Below, in pieces: positions 39,538 through 52,640 of a stretch of 64,000 bases of DNA; positions within the stretch are counted from its first letter, which is position 1, and each line of letters begins with the position of its first letter. Source of the stretch: Octopus sinensis (Eukaryota); contig NC_042998.1 of the NCBI RefSeq assembly GCF_006345805.1, forward strand, positions 89,590,001 to 89,654,000. The letters are read 5' to 3'. Both the position numbers and the translations under genes were made by a program. The notes beneath the pieces were generated by a model. It did no database searches. It was not told the DNA's origin and saw only the letters and a program-made list of their open reading frames with translations.

Positions 39538-40091
39538 TAAACTATTGGGATATTGGAAAGCGTGTGCAATGAGAGATACTCGGTAGATGACAGCCGATTT
39601 GCTCAGATCTGCTGAAGGCGTTTGAAGTCGGTTTGACACGTTTTGTTTCTGATATGGTAACAGAGAATGAAACGAACGTATTTTCATGATCATATTATTA
39701 TGTTTTCATATAACATCTTTCATGTGATTTAAGAAATATTTGGCCCTTATTTCTAGCAAACCGAGCGGCTGCATAGGGGAACATTGCTCGATCGAAATCA
39801 TCAATGTAGTAACTGTAATTCAAATGAAAAGGCCTATATTGGGACTTGCTTTAAATTTACAATCTTGGTATGCTAAGTGCTTGCTGTAACTAAATCAATA
39901 ATCTGGTTGAGGTAAGTCTTCTATGGCTCACTTTTTTTCCAGTGAGGAACATTTCACTTCATTTATATCGCTCACGTCCTTGAGAAATGCGTTAACGTTA
40001 AAGAATACTCTTCGTTCCCTCTTATAAACTTTACGTCTTGTGCTTATGTAAAAAGTTGTAAAAATGTTATTCTCTTTCATTACACAGGAGA

Positions 40092-40198
40092 TTTAATAAT
40101 TTCTTTCTTTTTCTCTCTTTCTAGGTAAGTGACCTAACTTGTCTGGATCTGTAGACCTTTGTAAAGTTAACCTGTCTGTTGTACCAAAGTCGGTGAAT
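40092..40198 (+). other. Candidate recursive splice site (AG|GTAAGT) with RS-exon
   Basis: TTTAATAAT-TTCTTTCTTTTTCTCTCTTTCTAG|GTAAGT (AG at 40123-40124). A downstream TCG|GTGAAT follows 68 nt later, and that segment has stops in all three frames. Confidence 0.5.
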
Positions 40199-43100
40199 TA
40201 CTTACTATTGGCTTTTACCTAAATTTTCTTTTTTATGTTTGTATTTATGAATGCATCTGTGTGTAAATAAGTGTGTATTTTTTTTATATTTATTTATTAT
40301 TTGCTTTTAAATATATAATCCTGAAGTCATAAATATCTCAAAAAGTATATTGAAATGAATCTATTCTTTTCTTCCTCTTTGTATTTTCTCCCTCTTTTGC
40401 TTTCTGCATATCTATCATTTACCCTATTTACACATATACACGTACATATATACTGATTCATTTGTTCTGATAACACTGTCCGTATGAGTTTCTTGAAATA
40501 TCTTCTCTAGTAGCCTGTTTAAACAATTTGCAAGTGTTTGAACTATAGGTAGATATTTATAATAATTCTTAATGCTCAGGCACAGAAGTAATTTTCTAGG
40601 TACTCGATGTTATACTCAGACAGATAGCCTGACAACCAGATAGATTGAAAGTTTAACAGGCATACGATCAAGGAGGTAGAAGGTGGGTTTATGATGTAAG
40701 TACCTCATTTGAAAGATGAGCAGACTGTTAAATTTGTGGGAAATAACCTGCTGGACAACATAACTAGCAGAAACTCTATTTCTAACATCGACTGACCCGT
40801 TAGTTCTCTTGGTACAACAAACACTTATAAAACAAACTTGAATCTATGTTCTAAATCTGATAATTGGATTGTGAGCCTCAACGAAATTTATAAAGAACTT
40901 GCTCGTTACTTCATTCATCACTTCTTTTAACGCTAAATATATTCACATAAAAGCACACTTAAATTCACCTATAAATAAATACAAATACGCACATACTCTC
41001 AGATGTAAGCTTAGTCCTTTTTTTGTTACCGAGTTTCTAATAGACTCATTAAATTCTACTTTTCATATTATTATTGCTTACCTTTCACAGAAAATTTCTT
41101 TTCTTTCCTAAAAAAAAAGCGATTCTCATGTATGTATTCATTTCTACACAAATGAGTTGACCCACTAGTAATTGTAGTAAGAAAGACGGAAGGAAGTGTG
41201 TGAAGGGAGAGAAACTAGGTTGACGATTTCCAAGTACTTTATGAATATAACTTGTTGATTATGAATGTGTGCCAAACCAACCACAGTAGTTCATAGACAA
41301 ATATATGTTTTGGAACTGCTGAGAAAGTAAGCAATCCACACTTTCGTACTCAGTGTCATGGCATTTAACATACCTTCACCTTTATCGTGCAGGTATGTTA
41401 CTCGCTTATATGTAGACAATAAGAATATTGTAACGAAAATATTTTTGAATTGCACTGTGCATGAATGAGGTGAAATGATCTAGTAATCAAAAATATTCAA
41501 TTGATTATTCAGTGATCATGAGTTCAATCACCTGAAGATTCCACATTATTATCTACTCAGACTAATTAATTCTCTATTGCTCCGGATCGTGGTTTTGTGG
41601 AAAACATACATTAGCATGATTTGTCCTCCTTTCCTGACTTTTCAGAAACCGGATCGAAACACCGATTTTTTAGGTAAACTTAACAGCGGTTAGATGTATA
41701 TTTTATATATAACACAAAGAAAACTTACGTTTACGATAAAGGTATGCTTGCTAAATATGAAGGTGTAAATATTTCGCCACATTCACGTTTTACCCCTCTT
41801 TATCTCATTTTCTCCATCTTCTGTCTCCTTCTTCTCTTCCTTGTTTTTTCTTTTCTTTCTCTCTTTGTCTCTTATATAAAATACACTCACAAAGCTGTAT
41901 GACATTATTCTTCAAGGCACCAGTTTAATATTCATCCACGTCATATGAGTTTAAGCAGAGAAGATCTTGAAAATAACATAGCTGAATATGCTTTTTAATA
42001 TTTTCCCACCTGAATGGCAATTTAAAGTTTTAAGTTTAAGGTTTGAGCTTCGAAGTAGATATAAATATTTCCTTTCTTCCGCTAATTTACGAAGCTTTCA
42101 ATGATGTCTGAGACCAAACCAGTTACGGTATATTATTAGTGTAGTCGCAAATTATACTTATTAGTGAATCTTCTGGATTTGAGAGAACTGAACTAATCTC
42201 CCTAGATACAATTAGAAATGGTCTTAACACGATGTTTTAATTAACGCCTTTATCATGATTAAGAACTTTAGGCTTCAATCTCTATTTTATGCACAACACA
42301 TAAATCGGAAGAATTGAAATAAACTTATTTATAATCCCCGACATGACTATGGCTCTCGAGATGAAACAAGTAAAAGAATATTACAAAGCATTACTTTGGC
42401 TGAAATTATAAGTAAATAAATTCTTTCTTTGCTATTGATGTGCCTAAAAAGAGGCAGGGAGTTTTCTGACAGACACTCTGGGAAACGAAGACGGTATATC
42501 TTCACTAAGTTGTCAAGAAACGATGAGACTGTTTGTCAAGATGTTTTCATTCTTTTTCCGTGTTTCAATTGCGCATAAGGAATGTCTCTACATTCATATT
42601 ACACATACGGTGAAGGTTTGCAATACTTAAATTAATTTCAGTTGGTTTGATTTTAAACTGTGTTGTGCGCAAAATCGATATTGCTTAATTAATGATGAAC
42701 CGACAAAAGCACAAGTACATAAACTGGACTATTCGGTACAGTGCTACACTAAGATATGACTGCTAGATTAATGTTCTAAGCAGTTGATTGGGGGTGGGGG
42801 AAGCCAGGTAGTTCTTTTCTGAGGAACGCTCAACAAACCGTGAAATGATGCGTCAAGAGATTACCCCTCTCTTTTCCTACACATAAATAGTATACAAAGA
42901 ATGTATCTATATTTTTATTTCATCTACAGTGAGACTTTATTTCGTTCTAATTTCAATTCCTTTACTTTCAAATTAGAGCATGAATAATTCAACCAGAATA
43001 CCATTAAATTTAAATGGATCCAATCAGAATGTATCGGAATACCTCATTCTTATTTTTTTATCATTTCTTATCTCAGTTCTCTAGGAATGAATTTCTATAA

Positions 43101-43899
43101 AGGAAATCCATTCAATAAAAAATGTTTCAATAGGTAATAACTTAATTTTTTTTAAAATTAAGTATATGTAGATAGATAGATAGAGGAAGACGAACACATT
43201 TTACATACCCCTCTAAAACCATTCCCCACTTTTTTCTGTATAGTATTTTTCCAGATCTATCATCACACTACCCCTAATCTCTTTCTTTTTCACCCAGAAT
43301 CAGTCACAATCTTGAGCTGCTTAGTGCTTTATCTTTGATTTAGTGTGAAGGTTTTTAAATGGTTTTTACGACTACACACAACTAACATGATTTTTTTCCA
43401 GTAGATAGACATCTGCATTTGATTTCTGTAATAGTTAAGAATTGTTCAATTGTGGATTGAAATTAAATGTGACCAACATCATGGACTCTATGACAGATAT
43501 TACTAAAGTCCTCTATAAACGGTATATATTTATCAGCTCACCGTTATATTTACTGCTACAGCATGACGATGATGATGATGATGATAGGTTTTTCGTCTAT
43601 TTGGACGATGAACAAGTAGCTATTCGTTCAGTTGCTCTCTCTACTGTTGAATTAGCGTGAAAGTACTTGGGTATTCCACAGATACCTTTATAGCTTGACA
43701 CAATATGTAACACAATTGCAAGTCCGGGTTTTAGGTACATATCATCTGAGTGACCTTCACAGCTGCCGTTTACCCAATTTTACTTAGAAGGCTGATATAG
43801 TATCAAGGTTATGCTAAAATACACTTGGTTAAGATGCCAAGCAATGGATTAGAACTTACCCAGTGTCTTTTATTCGTGACTTTTAGGCAGAATTCGGAA

Positions 43900-44100
43900 A
43901 TATGTAGAAGCTCGTTGGATGGATTATATATGTAATTCAAAGGTTCGACCTTGTCAGATTGTGTCACACGGAATCCACCTGAGAATTACGTTTAAAGTAG
44001 ACGTTTCTGTAGATTCAGCCTCTTACATGTTAATTTTTGGGCAGGGTGGTTCAGATGAGTGAACAGCTGAAAAGTCGTGGTCGGAATTTCTGGCGGAAAA
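43900..44100 (+). mobile_element. Old family-C-like SINE 3' half
   Basis: GTAATTCAAAGG...CCTTGTCA...TGTGTCAC...GAGAATTACGTT...ACATGTTAATTT, alignable to the 26234 SINE. Confidence 0.55.
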
Positions 44101-44695
44101 CCATTAAATTGCAAAATTCACGTATAGAAACATAAATGAGATACATACAGATGTTCATATAGTGTATTAATGTTCAATTCGTAAGTATGGCAGACAAAGA
44201 GGTTGTTTATTATATATATACACATATGTCAATCCTTTGAGGAACTTCAAGGACCGCAGAACGGTTTGTTAATTTGTCACATTAAATAGACGACATGAAT
44301 ATTCCATGTATCACTAGTAAGTTTCACTACAATAGTATCCATATCAGAACTACCTGTTACGGAGTTGAACTTGCGGTTTCAGTAATCCTGTCACATCTGC
44401 ATCTCTATAAATATATCAATCTTCCAACAAAAGGAAATGGATTCAAATCTACCAAAACAATTGAAAAATTGTAAATCTGCATTTTCTATCAGTGGAAGAA
44501 GTTCTACTGAAAATATACATAGGAGGGACAATTTAGTATGCTTGATGTCATTTCGTAAGATACGAGTGACATAAAAGAAATATATTGTTTCCAGATGGGA
44601 ACCGAAAGGGAGTGTAAGTTCTTGGCTCACGAGAAAATTATCATCTCTTGGCGACGCTCGTTACTGTAATAATATCAAATCATAGAACTGAGTGA

Positions 44696-44697
<2 letters not shown>

Positions 44698-44750
<53 letters not shown>

Positions 44751-44786
44751 TATAATAATAATAATAATAATAATATTAATAATAAT
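44698..44786. repeat. (AAT)n microsatellite, tail of adjacent minus-strand SINEs
   Basis: Directly visible. Confidence 0.9.
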
Positions 44787-45440
44787 CCTTTCTCCTATAG
44801 ACAGAAGACTTGAAATTTTGGAGGACGGGACTAGTCGGTTACATTAATCCCATAATAATATTGGTTTCAAATTTTGGTACAAAGCTAGCAATTTTGGGGG
44901 AGGGTCTAAATCGATTACATCAGCCCCAGTATTCAACTGGTACTTATTTTATCGATTCCGAAAGGATAAAAGGAAATGTTGACCTCGGTTGAATTTGACT
45001 TAGTCATGATAATAATAATTCTTTTACACTATAGGCGCAATGCATGAAATTTTGGGGGAAGGGACCACTTCATTGCATCAACCCCTGTGCTCAACTGGTA
45101 CTTATTTCATCGACCCCGAAAGGATGAAAGGTAAAGCAGACCTCAGTGGGATTTGAACTCAGAACACAAAGTCGGACAAAATGCCGCTAAACAAGTGAAT
45201 GCACTTACGATTCTATCAGATCGCCGCCTAAATAGTTACAACTTTTAGCATAAGACCATTAAATTTAGGTGGTGGTGGATACAGTTAACTATATCGATCT
45301 CAGTGCTAAGACGGTTCTTACTTTATCGACTTCGAAAGGATGGAAGGCAAAGCTGACCTCGATGAGATTTGAGCTCAAAACCTAAACAGTAGAAGTGGCT
45401 ATGCATTTAGTCTAATGCACTAACGACTCTTCCAGCATGC
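44787..45440 (-). mobile_element. Cluster of family-A short-tail SINEs
   Basis: Copies at about 44787-44995, 45015-45229 and 45245-45440 with the CCCCGAAAGGATGAAAGG core. Confidence 0.8.
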
Positions 45441-45861
45441 GTCTGCACATTAGTAAGGAAATGACTTGTTACTAGTGTCACCATGTGTTAACTACATAGA
45501 GATTTTTATAGCCCTTAGCTTGCATCTAATGTATAACAACAGACAAAACAGCAGGAAATTGGAGCTAAGAGACAGCTATTACGTAATGGAGGACGTTTTA
45601 TGTTGATGCGGTTGCTTAACCTGAGGTCAATTCTGATCATACAAATCTATGCATAAAAAATAAGAACAAATAAAATCTTCGGCTGTGACTACTCAGCTTT
45701 TTTTCAGACAGAATATGTCTAACATCACATTAACCTGTTTGTCTTTATTTCAAGATAGGGTGTTATTTTTAGGGAGACATAGCCTTTATTTCTCGGAAGC
45801 CAGAAACCCGTATACACGAATCGTCCCTGGCTTGTACTATATATATATAAACATACGCGCG

Positions 45862-45954
<93 letters not shown>

Positions 45955-46183
45955 AACACAGAGTGGCGAATTGACAAAATCGTTAGAGCGTCGTAAAAAC
46001 GCTTTGCAGTATTTGTTCTGAGATCAAGTCCCACTAACCCTGACATTGTCTTTTATCTTTTCAGAGTCGTTAAAATAAAGTGTCATTCAAGTATAAAAAT
46101 TAATGGTATCGACTAAAACCCTCCCATCAAAATTGTTTGAAACCATCAAAATTGTTAGAAACCATCATTAGATATACGTCAAG

Positions 46184-46403
46184 AAGGCGGCGAGCTAGCA
46201 GAAACGTTAGCACGCCGGGTGAAATGCTTAGCAGTATTTCGTCTGTATTTACGTTCTGAGTTCAAACTCCGCCGAGATCGACTTTGCCTTTCATCCTTTT
46301 GGAGCTGATAAATTAAGTACCAATTGCGTACTGGGGTCGATCAAATCGACTGCCCCCGCCTCAAAAAAACTTTCGGGTCTTGTGCCTTGATTAGAAAAGA
46401 TTA
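46184..46403 (+). mobile_element. Family-A SINE monomer (short tail)
   Basis: AAGGCGGCGAGCTAGCAGAAACGTTAGC...GACTTTGCCTTTCATCC...CTTGTGCCTTGATTAGAAAAG. Confidence 0.92.
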
Positions 46404-46529
46404 TATATATTTCAAGTAGGTGATTAAAACTTTTTAAAAGGTAATGTTTATAGTGTTTAGTCTGCTCTTTCAATGATCTCAGTTCAAAACTTGCCCGGCT
46501 TCATTGACTTACATTATTTCAGAAGTGAA

Positions 46530-46896
46530 ACGACTTCTAATTTAGGTATAACGGTGGGGTTTCGAGGGGAGGCGGTAAGGTAACACCATCATCCCCAGGA
46601 TTTCATCAATATCTTATATTATCGATCCAAGAGGAATGAAAGGCAAAATTAGCCTTGGCGATATTTGAACTCAGAAAGAATAGTGTCTGATTAAGGCAAC
46701 TGGCTAGCAATCTTTTTAGAAGGGGAAGTCAACACTATCAACTCCAGTACCTAGTTAATACTTTATTTTATCGACCGAGGAAGGATGAAATATAAAGGTG
46801 GCCTTAGCAGAATTTTAATTCAGAACATAAAGAGTCAGATGAAATACCACAAAGCATTGTTTGCGACGCTCTAAATATTCTGTTGGCTCGCTGCCC
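46530..46896 (-). mobile_element. Two older family-A SINE copies
   Basis: GAATGAAAGGCAAAATTAGCCTTGGCG and GGAAGGATGAAA...GCTCGCTGCCC. Confidence 0.7.
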
Positions 46897-48099
46897 TATT
46901 TTCAAGGATAAAATAAATACATGCAGGGTCGAGAAGACAGACTGGATGGCTCTTTTAGAAATTCAGATTGCCATAAACATTTGAAATATTGAATATTGCT
47001 CTCAGTATTGCTTTGACACTAGAACGTATGGGTTGGCTGAATCGGTAGACTATCACGACGTATTTAGTTACTTTTAAAAACAAATTCTTGATTCATATCC
47101 CACAAACGTTTCTGATTAATTCAGTAATTAATAGTTATGTACTATGGGCAACTTCAGTTTTTCTCCAGACAGTCGTAGCTTTATGCTTATTTTGGAAATA
47201 TTACACTTCACATCGTGGTGCACATATCTGTTTAGTTTCCCGATCGTTTCTGCAGCTAATACCTCTGAAAAAAAAGGCAGAAATATTATTCTTTATCCGT
47301 TATTTGAAAGATTTGTAAATTGACAGCGTGGAGAGGGCAAACATTTATGCATCGGTAAACTTATAATCTACAAAAATGGTTGATTGGGCTTGTGAAGCGC
47401 ATAAATCGTGAAATCTAGTCCTTGACAAGGTTTTAAATCCTGAATGGTTGAAATCAGTTGATGATACTTAAAGCAGTCTAAATATTTTCTGATATTAATT
47501 TACAATTTTGTTCCGCAAAGTTAATGAATAAATCCGTCAGAATTCACCATATTCCACTGTGGAGCAAAGCTGAAGTTAATGTCAGTTGATGTAATCTATA
47601 GACTTCATTCTTATGATACTGTTACTGCTGGTTAGTGTAATGTTAACATAGTTAGTTAGATTTATCATATTATCAAGTGCATTTTAAACATAACTATACT
47701 GTTTATTTTTAATTATTTAGATATTTCTTTTTGTTTACAAACATAACGAGGCTCACACTATGTTATTCAATATATTCTCTAGCTTTTTGCGAGGTTTAAG
47801 ACATAAAATACGAATGGAAAAATATTTAGCTTCTATTTCTAGTAAGTCGAGTTCCATGTTGGTATACAGCCATTAGCTCGGTCTATTGCTACAGTTCTTG
47901 GTTGTAAACTGGTGGTGACCACCATCCTTCACACGTTTCTTCTTCACTGGTCAGCAGATGGCACTACCTAACTCCATTGTTCTAACTTTGCACTCAGTGA
48001 GCACTCTGCTTGTCTTGTGTTCAGTCAGCAAATTTTCTTGCTAGACTAATTATGTTTTTCTTTTTTCGGTTCTCCCCATCTTTCTCTTACACATACACT

Positions 48100-48115
48100 T
48101 TTATTTATATATGTG

Positions 48116-48168
<53 letters not shown>

Positions 48169-48239
48169 TGTGTGTGTGTGTGTGTTTGTGTGTGTATGTG
48201 TGTATGTAAATAAATAAATAAATAAATATATATATATAT

Positions 48240-48270
<31 letters not shown>

Positions 48271-48271
48271 C

Positions 48272-48302
<31 letters not shown>

Positions 48303-48347
48303 TTGTGTGTGTATGTGTGTATGTAAATAAATAAATAAATAATATAT

Positions 48348-48405
<58 letters not shown>

Positions 48406-48407
48406 TA
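48100..48407. repeat. Duplicated compound microsatellite (TA)n-(TG)n-(TAAA)n
   Basis: The block (TG)n-TTTGTGTGTGTATGTGTGTATGTAAATAAATAAAT-(TA)n occurs twice in tandem. Confidence 0.85.
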
Positions 48408-49514
48408 TTCAGTTTTTACTTACTTGGCTTCTTTTCATCATTTTTTCTTCCTTCCGCCTTTTCATCACCCTCAACTCCACCCCGACTCCTTTTTCTTCCC
48501 TTTTCCTCTGTTTTTCATTCTATTTTTCTTCATTTCATTATCAATTCTATATTCAACTCTGTCTTTCTTAGTTTCCGTTTTCTCACCACTAACTATCATC
48601 ACTACCATCACCCTGTTTGTTCCTATAAAATTCCAATATGGTACCCTCAACTACCATTTCATTTTATCTCACTTTTTTGTTTTTAATTTTACTTTTTTCT
48701 TTATTGCCCTCTTCCCTCCGTCTTCTCTACGCCTCCTCTACTCTACTCTTTCTTCAATGAACTAAATGTCCCACTGAGCCTTGAGGGTGCAACAACTGTT
48801 CTACAGATGGAGACAAACATTTCATTACATGGAGCGAGGAAGTCGGAATGAGGTAATATGGCATGGATAGTCTAAGTTTACACTTAACTTGGAGCCGTCA
48901 ACATTCGACATACATACGTACGTACATACGTAAGTACGTAAATACATACACGCATGCATTCACACGTATACAACCGCACTCACACAAACATAGATCTTCG
49001 GACAAGATAAGGTTCTAGGGTTTTGTAAGTCTAAATGATCGTAAGTTCAACGTTAGTCTTGTCAATGAATATTGTAACAGTATTCTAAAAAGAATAGGAA
49101 AAGAAAGTAAAAGTGAGGTTTGCATTGAATATGTAAACACTAATATTTTATTTACAATTTTATAATACTCAGTTATACTTTAGAAACCTTACACTATATT
49201 TTAATGTATATATTTAGAGTTCGCTTCGGTCAAGGCTGACTATATATTTTTCAGCTAAATAGTTCCTGCAATGCTGCAGTTCTGAGCAAGGTCTTTTATT
49301 AAAGACTAGCAGTTGCTCATGCATGTCTCTCCTGTCCCTGTAACCGATGGTTTCCAGGGGAAAGACAAAACCGATATAGTTTGACACTAGAACCATCGCA
49401 AGGCAAAAAGAGCCGGAACAAATACTGTAAGGTATCTTTTCCAGTACTCTAACAGTTCCACCGGTCCACAACCCTCAATTAGTTTTTTTTTTATTGACCC
49501 GATAGGATGAATAG

Positions 49515-49722
49515 CAAAACAATAACAGTTCTTAATTTAGGTAAAAGGACAGAAATTTTGAGGATAGCCGATTAGTTGATTGCACTAACCTTAATATTTT
49601 ATTGGTATTTTATTTTATCGACATCGAAAGAAAGAAAATGTTGACCTCGGCAGTATTCGAACTCAGTAGGTAAAAAGCCGGAACAAATACTGCAAAGTAC
49701 TTTGACTGACGCTCTAACTTTT
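49515..49722 (-). mobile_element. Older family-A short-tail SINE
   Basis: TTTTATCGACATCGAAAG...GTTGACCTCGGCAGTATTCGAACTCAG. Confidence 0.7.
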
Positions 49723-49744
49723 CTAACAGTATTTAATATGTCAT

Positions 49745-49976
49745 AAGGCGGCGAGCTGGCAGAAACGTTAGGACGCCGGCGAAATGCGTAGCCGTATTTC
49801 GTCTGCCGTTACGTTCTGAGTTCAAATTCCACCGAGGTCGACTTTGCCTTTCATCCTTTCGGGGTCGATTAAATGAGTACCATTTACACACTGGGGTCGA
49901 TATAATCGACTTAATCCGTTTGTCTGTCCTAGTTTGTCCTCTCTGTGTTTAGCCCCTTGTGGGTAGTGAAGAAATA
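49745..49976 (+). mobile_element. Intact family-A long-tail monomer with a 17-bp TSD
   Basis: AGTATTTAATATGTCAT at 49728-49744 and 49977-49993 defines a 232-bp monomer ending GGGTAGTGAAGAAATA. Confidence 0.95.
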
Positions 49977-50269
49977 AGTATTTAATATGTCATTGCAGTT
50001 CCATTTTTTTTTTCGTAACACTACCTAGTTTGCTGATATTGACTGGAGGATATAGATATTGTCTGAAAAGATCAAGATAAGGGAGTGAAATATGTCTTCG
50101 AGATCTGAGAAACAAGAGCTAAGAACAGTTTTATAAGGTTTATAACGTCTTCTACATTAGTTGACAATTATCGGCTATGAAATGGTAAGGAACCATTCAT
50201 AATCCACTCTTTCTCCTTTAAAATTCTCGCAACAGTAGAGCGATTCACATCGTGTATACCTGTAATGTT

Positions 50270-50400
50270 TATCATTTTATCATTTCTTCTCTTATTTCAC
50301 TTCGTCTTATAATATCCAGCTTAAATTTCAACATAACGGTGCGATACTTCTTGATATCATCAACACCACTGGCCCCACTTTTTCGCTTCAGACACAAGTT
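50270..50400 (-). pseudogene. Tigger/pogo (CENP-B-like) transposase N-terminal fragment
   Basis: LKRKSGASGVDDIKKYRTVMLKFKLDIIRRSEIRE matches the PKRK...KKRK.ITLE.KLDIIKR.E.GE pattern of Tigger N-termini. Confidence 0.65.
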
Positions 50401-50942
50401 GTGGCGGTCGATTATTTACATAAACGAAGATGAACAATGATGTCATAGAAAGCCAAAAGTAATTTGCGTTTTGTGTATAAGATGATCTGGAGTTGTTTTT
50501 GTCATCTTCTGTGCAGCGAACGCTTAAAGGCTAAAAGTAGCAGTTTTTCAAAATGTATATTTGTTTGCAATTCTAAAAGTTCGCAACTAGAACGTCCATA
50601 ATTAAACACACACACACAGACATTAAAAGCTGAAAAAATGTTATCAACCGTTACTACAAATTTCATACATCGGATCAGAAACGTGAAATTTCCGTTAGTG
50701 AAATTTACAGGAAATTTGATAAAAGGCTTAATTTCATATTGAAAAACGCTTGCTTCCTTTCTTTCTTGACATGTATTTCGACCATAGCATACATCCTAGC
50801 ACACATACAATACACATTTATATGCGCATATGACGGTATTTCCGCTTTGAAACTTACAATACATGAAACACCTTTAAATTACATATTTAGAACTAGCTTT
50901 AAACACAATATATATATATATATTATATATATATATACATAT

Positions 50943-50997
<55 letters not shown>

Positions 50998-51018
50998 GCA
51001 TATACGTATTCACATATT

Positions 51019-51432
51019 TTCTTTTACTTCTTTCAGTCATTAGACTGCGCACATGCTTGGGCACCGCCTTGCGGAAATTTTTAGTCAAATGAATTGAATA
51101 GAGTACTTATTTAGTTAAGACTTATTTTATAGGTCTCTTTTGCCGAACCGCTAAGATATTGGGGAGTAAACACACCAGCACCGGTTGTCAAGCAGTGGTG
51201 GGGGACAGACACAAAAACGCACGCGCGCATGCACACACACGTATATATATATATATATATATATATACATACAAACGACGAGCTTCTCCCAGTTTCTGTC
51301 TACCAAATCCACTCACAAGGCTTTGGTCGGTCCAGGGCTATAGTAGAAAACACTTGCCCAAGATGCACTGCAGTGGGACTGATTCAGGAACCATGTGGTT
51401 GGGAAGCAAGCTTCATACCACTCTACCACCTC
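51019..51432 (-). mobile_element. Family-B SINE, full length
   Basis: Tail CTTTTACTTCTTTCAGTCATTAGACTGCG, internal (TA)n, head CCATGTGGTTGGGAAGCAAGC. Confidence 0.88.
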
Positions 51433-52011
51433 TGTTTATATACATAAAACAGAAACATATACGCATATATACGTAAACATATATATGTATGAGTGAATAA
51501 ATATGTATACAAGTGTATGTGTATGAGACAAAAAAAACCAGGAAGATTAAGGAGAAAAGAACTCATACATCTCTTTCAATTTATCTATTGTGATTACTTC
51601 AGTCTGTGTATCACGCCCCCATAAATATCTGCCTAGCCAGTGGTTTGTGTACTTCCTACATCTGTTTGAGTTTAACGGATTTTCGGGCTAACATGTATTA
51701 CAAATGAAATATAATTTATGTCAAATAAATACATTATACAAACGCGCTTGCGTGCTCACACAGACACACACACAACACACACACACACATGTATATTCCT
51801 TGAAATGTGTTAGTATTATTCCTGTTACTATAAATATGCTCATATAAATAATCTAATAAGCTGTCAATCATATGCTAGTTGTGTACTTCACTCACATTAA
51901 ATATATTTTACATGCCTGCACTATATAGTCGTACAAATAGAGATAAATCATATGTATATCGCTAGATTGAATATAAATCAAGAATAGTCATTATATAATT
52001 AACTACAATAC

Positions 52012-52087
<76 letters not shown>
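52012..52087. repeat. (GATA)n microsatellite
   Basis: Directly visible. Confidence 0.95.
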
Positions 52088-52088
<1 letters not shown>

Positions 52089-52429
52089 TATGACGTAGTT
52101 TTGGTGTAGTGACTTTGTCTTTCATCTTTTCGGGGTCGATAAATTAAGTACCAGTTACGCACTGGGGTCGATGTAATCGACTTAATCCCTTTGAACGGCG
52201 GTGCATCAGCATGGCCGCAGCCTTGAGCTGAAACTACAGAAAAAATACCAGTTATAATATGCTATTTTGTAATAAATTTGTTCAAATTAGGAATAAATAT
52301 TCTCTGTATACGTGGCAATAAGCTTGAAAGTGTTTTTTTTCTTTGCATGAATGTTGAAATAATTGAACATTTAATACACAAACTATGTACCATCATTGCT
52401 TGTTGCTAAACATAATCAACGATCCCGCC

Positions 52430-52640
52430 CCTTTTTATCTTCTCTTGCTTGCCATGCAAGACTCTGTCGAACACCCTCTGCAAAAAAGTTAATCTCCACA
52501 TCTACAATCAGCTGGAGCTCCCTTAATCTCCCCATTTTCCCCACCAATCATTCACCTGCAGGCGTTCAAGCTAAACATCACCTAATCGACTGTCTGAGAC
52601 AACAAGCAACGGCTATAGTTACATCTTTTGGTTTCCCGGT
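52430..52640 (+). pseudogene. CR1/Zenon-like LINE ORF2 C-terminus and 3' end
   Basis: STSTISWSSLNLPIFPTN / IHLQAFKLNIT* resembles the RTSxLWNSLPxxVFP..NLQAFK terminus. Confidence 0.55.
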
